Notes under the pieces: model-generated | Told to the model about the DNA's origin: nothing | The model's database searches: none | The model's input: only the letters and a program-made list of their open reading frames with translations | Program-made: the position numbers and the translations under genes | Part shown: in pieces, positions 24,658 to 25,200 of the stretch | Numbering within the stretch: position 1 is the first letter of the stretch | Layout of the letters: each line of letters opens with the position of its first letter | Virus record (IMG/VR): IMGVR_UViG_3300037801_000077 | Location: 1-25,200 of that record | Direction: 5' to 3' (one strand) | DNA from: a virus | Taxonomy: Duplodnaviria; Caudoviricetes | DNA length: 25,200 nt

Positions 24658-24672
24658 CGTTACATTGTAACG
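24658..24672. promoter_or_regulatory. Palindromic operator-like site 7, CGTTACATTGTAACG
   Basis: Exact copy in the 32-nt gap between the gp14-like and gp15-like genes. Confidence 0.8.
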
Positions 24673-24688
24673 ATTTAGGATAATAAGA

Positions 24689-25200
24689 ATGGCTAAAAAA
24701 CCTCAGAGGCTCTCTCAGAGCCTTGGACGCTTGCGAGCGTTAGAACAGGATACGGCTGTTGTTGCTAGTCCAGTAGATACCTTTACGAGACAAGCGGCAG
24801 TAACAGAAAGCACCCGTGCGCGGGAAATAGAGAGAGGACTTTCTCAGCTTTCGCCAGTTATTGCTGGGTATTTTAAGGCAAAAGGCGAACAACAGCGTGA
24901 AGAGGGACTCAAAGAGGGCATTACCCGCTACAGGAATGCCACACCAGAAGAGCGCGAAGCTGACATAAAACTAATAGAAAGCGGTGACCCGCGACAATCT
25001 GAGTTCTGGATGGAAGGTTATGCTCGTTCCTATCTTGAGGACAAAGCTGACGATATGGCAACTAACTTTGGTATTGCCTTTGCAGAACAAAGTGAAAATC
25101 CCAATTTTGACTACGACCAGTTTGCCGATGAATACGTTAGAAACTACACGCTACAAAACGGTCTTGATGCGTTTGATGATGACCTTCTTATAGATAATTA
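24689..25200 (+). CDS. Internal virion protein C (gp15-like), truncated by the window end
   Basis: ATG 24689 after AGGA; MAKKPQRLSQSLGRLRALEQDTAVVASPVDTF..., open to the end of the window; absent from the track because it has no stop. Confidence 0.75.
   Translation, partial: MAKKPQRLSQSLGRLRALEQDTAVVASPVDTFTRQAAVTESTRAREIERGLSQLSPVIAGYFKAKGEQQREEGLKEGITRYRNATPEEREADIKLIESGDPRQSEFWMEGYARSYLEDKADDMATNFGIAFAEQSENPNFDYDQFADEYVRNYTLQNGLDAFDDDLLIDN

Noticed and set aside
494-24672. Palindromic repeats as a CRISPR array or REP/MITE elements
   Set aside because: Copies are 15 bp, kilobases apart, with no spacers, cas genes, transposase or target-site duplications.
24984-25193. 69-aa ORF at the window end
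   Set aside because: Out-of-frame shadow within the gp15-like gene starting at 24689.

Overview
Left and central part of a T7-like podophage genome (Autographiviridae-type), with all credible genes on the + strand. It has a lysogeny-type module of the kind known from marine integrase-carrying T7-like phages. Gene order: early small genes including a pyrimidine-dimer glycosylase-like gene, a MarR-like winged-helix regulator, a tyrosine integrase, a complete tRNA-Leu(UAA) at the probable attP, single-subunit RNA polymerase, SSB, endonuclease I, amidase, primase-helicase, family A DNA polymerase, exonuclease, class II ribonucleotide reductase, portal, scaffold, major capsid, four very basic proteins, tail tubes A/B and internal virion proteins (last one truncated). 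Main non-gene signals: (1) a 15-bp palindrome CGTTACA-N-TGTAACG found seven times (six exact, one with a mismatch) plus one degenerate copy, always at module boundaries and in both orientations, which looks like a genome-wide operator network; (2) a two-hairpin RNA with anti-Shine-Dalgarno CCUCC loops at the first terminator; (3) an SP6/T7-like promoter motif TGGACA(C/T)TATAGATGT located near operators; (4) GTGGC arm-type repeats around the tRNA. Product calls come from motif recognition and synteny only. No database searches were run.
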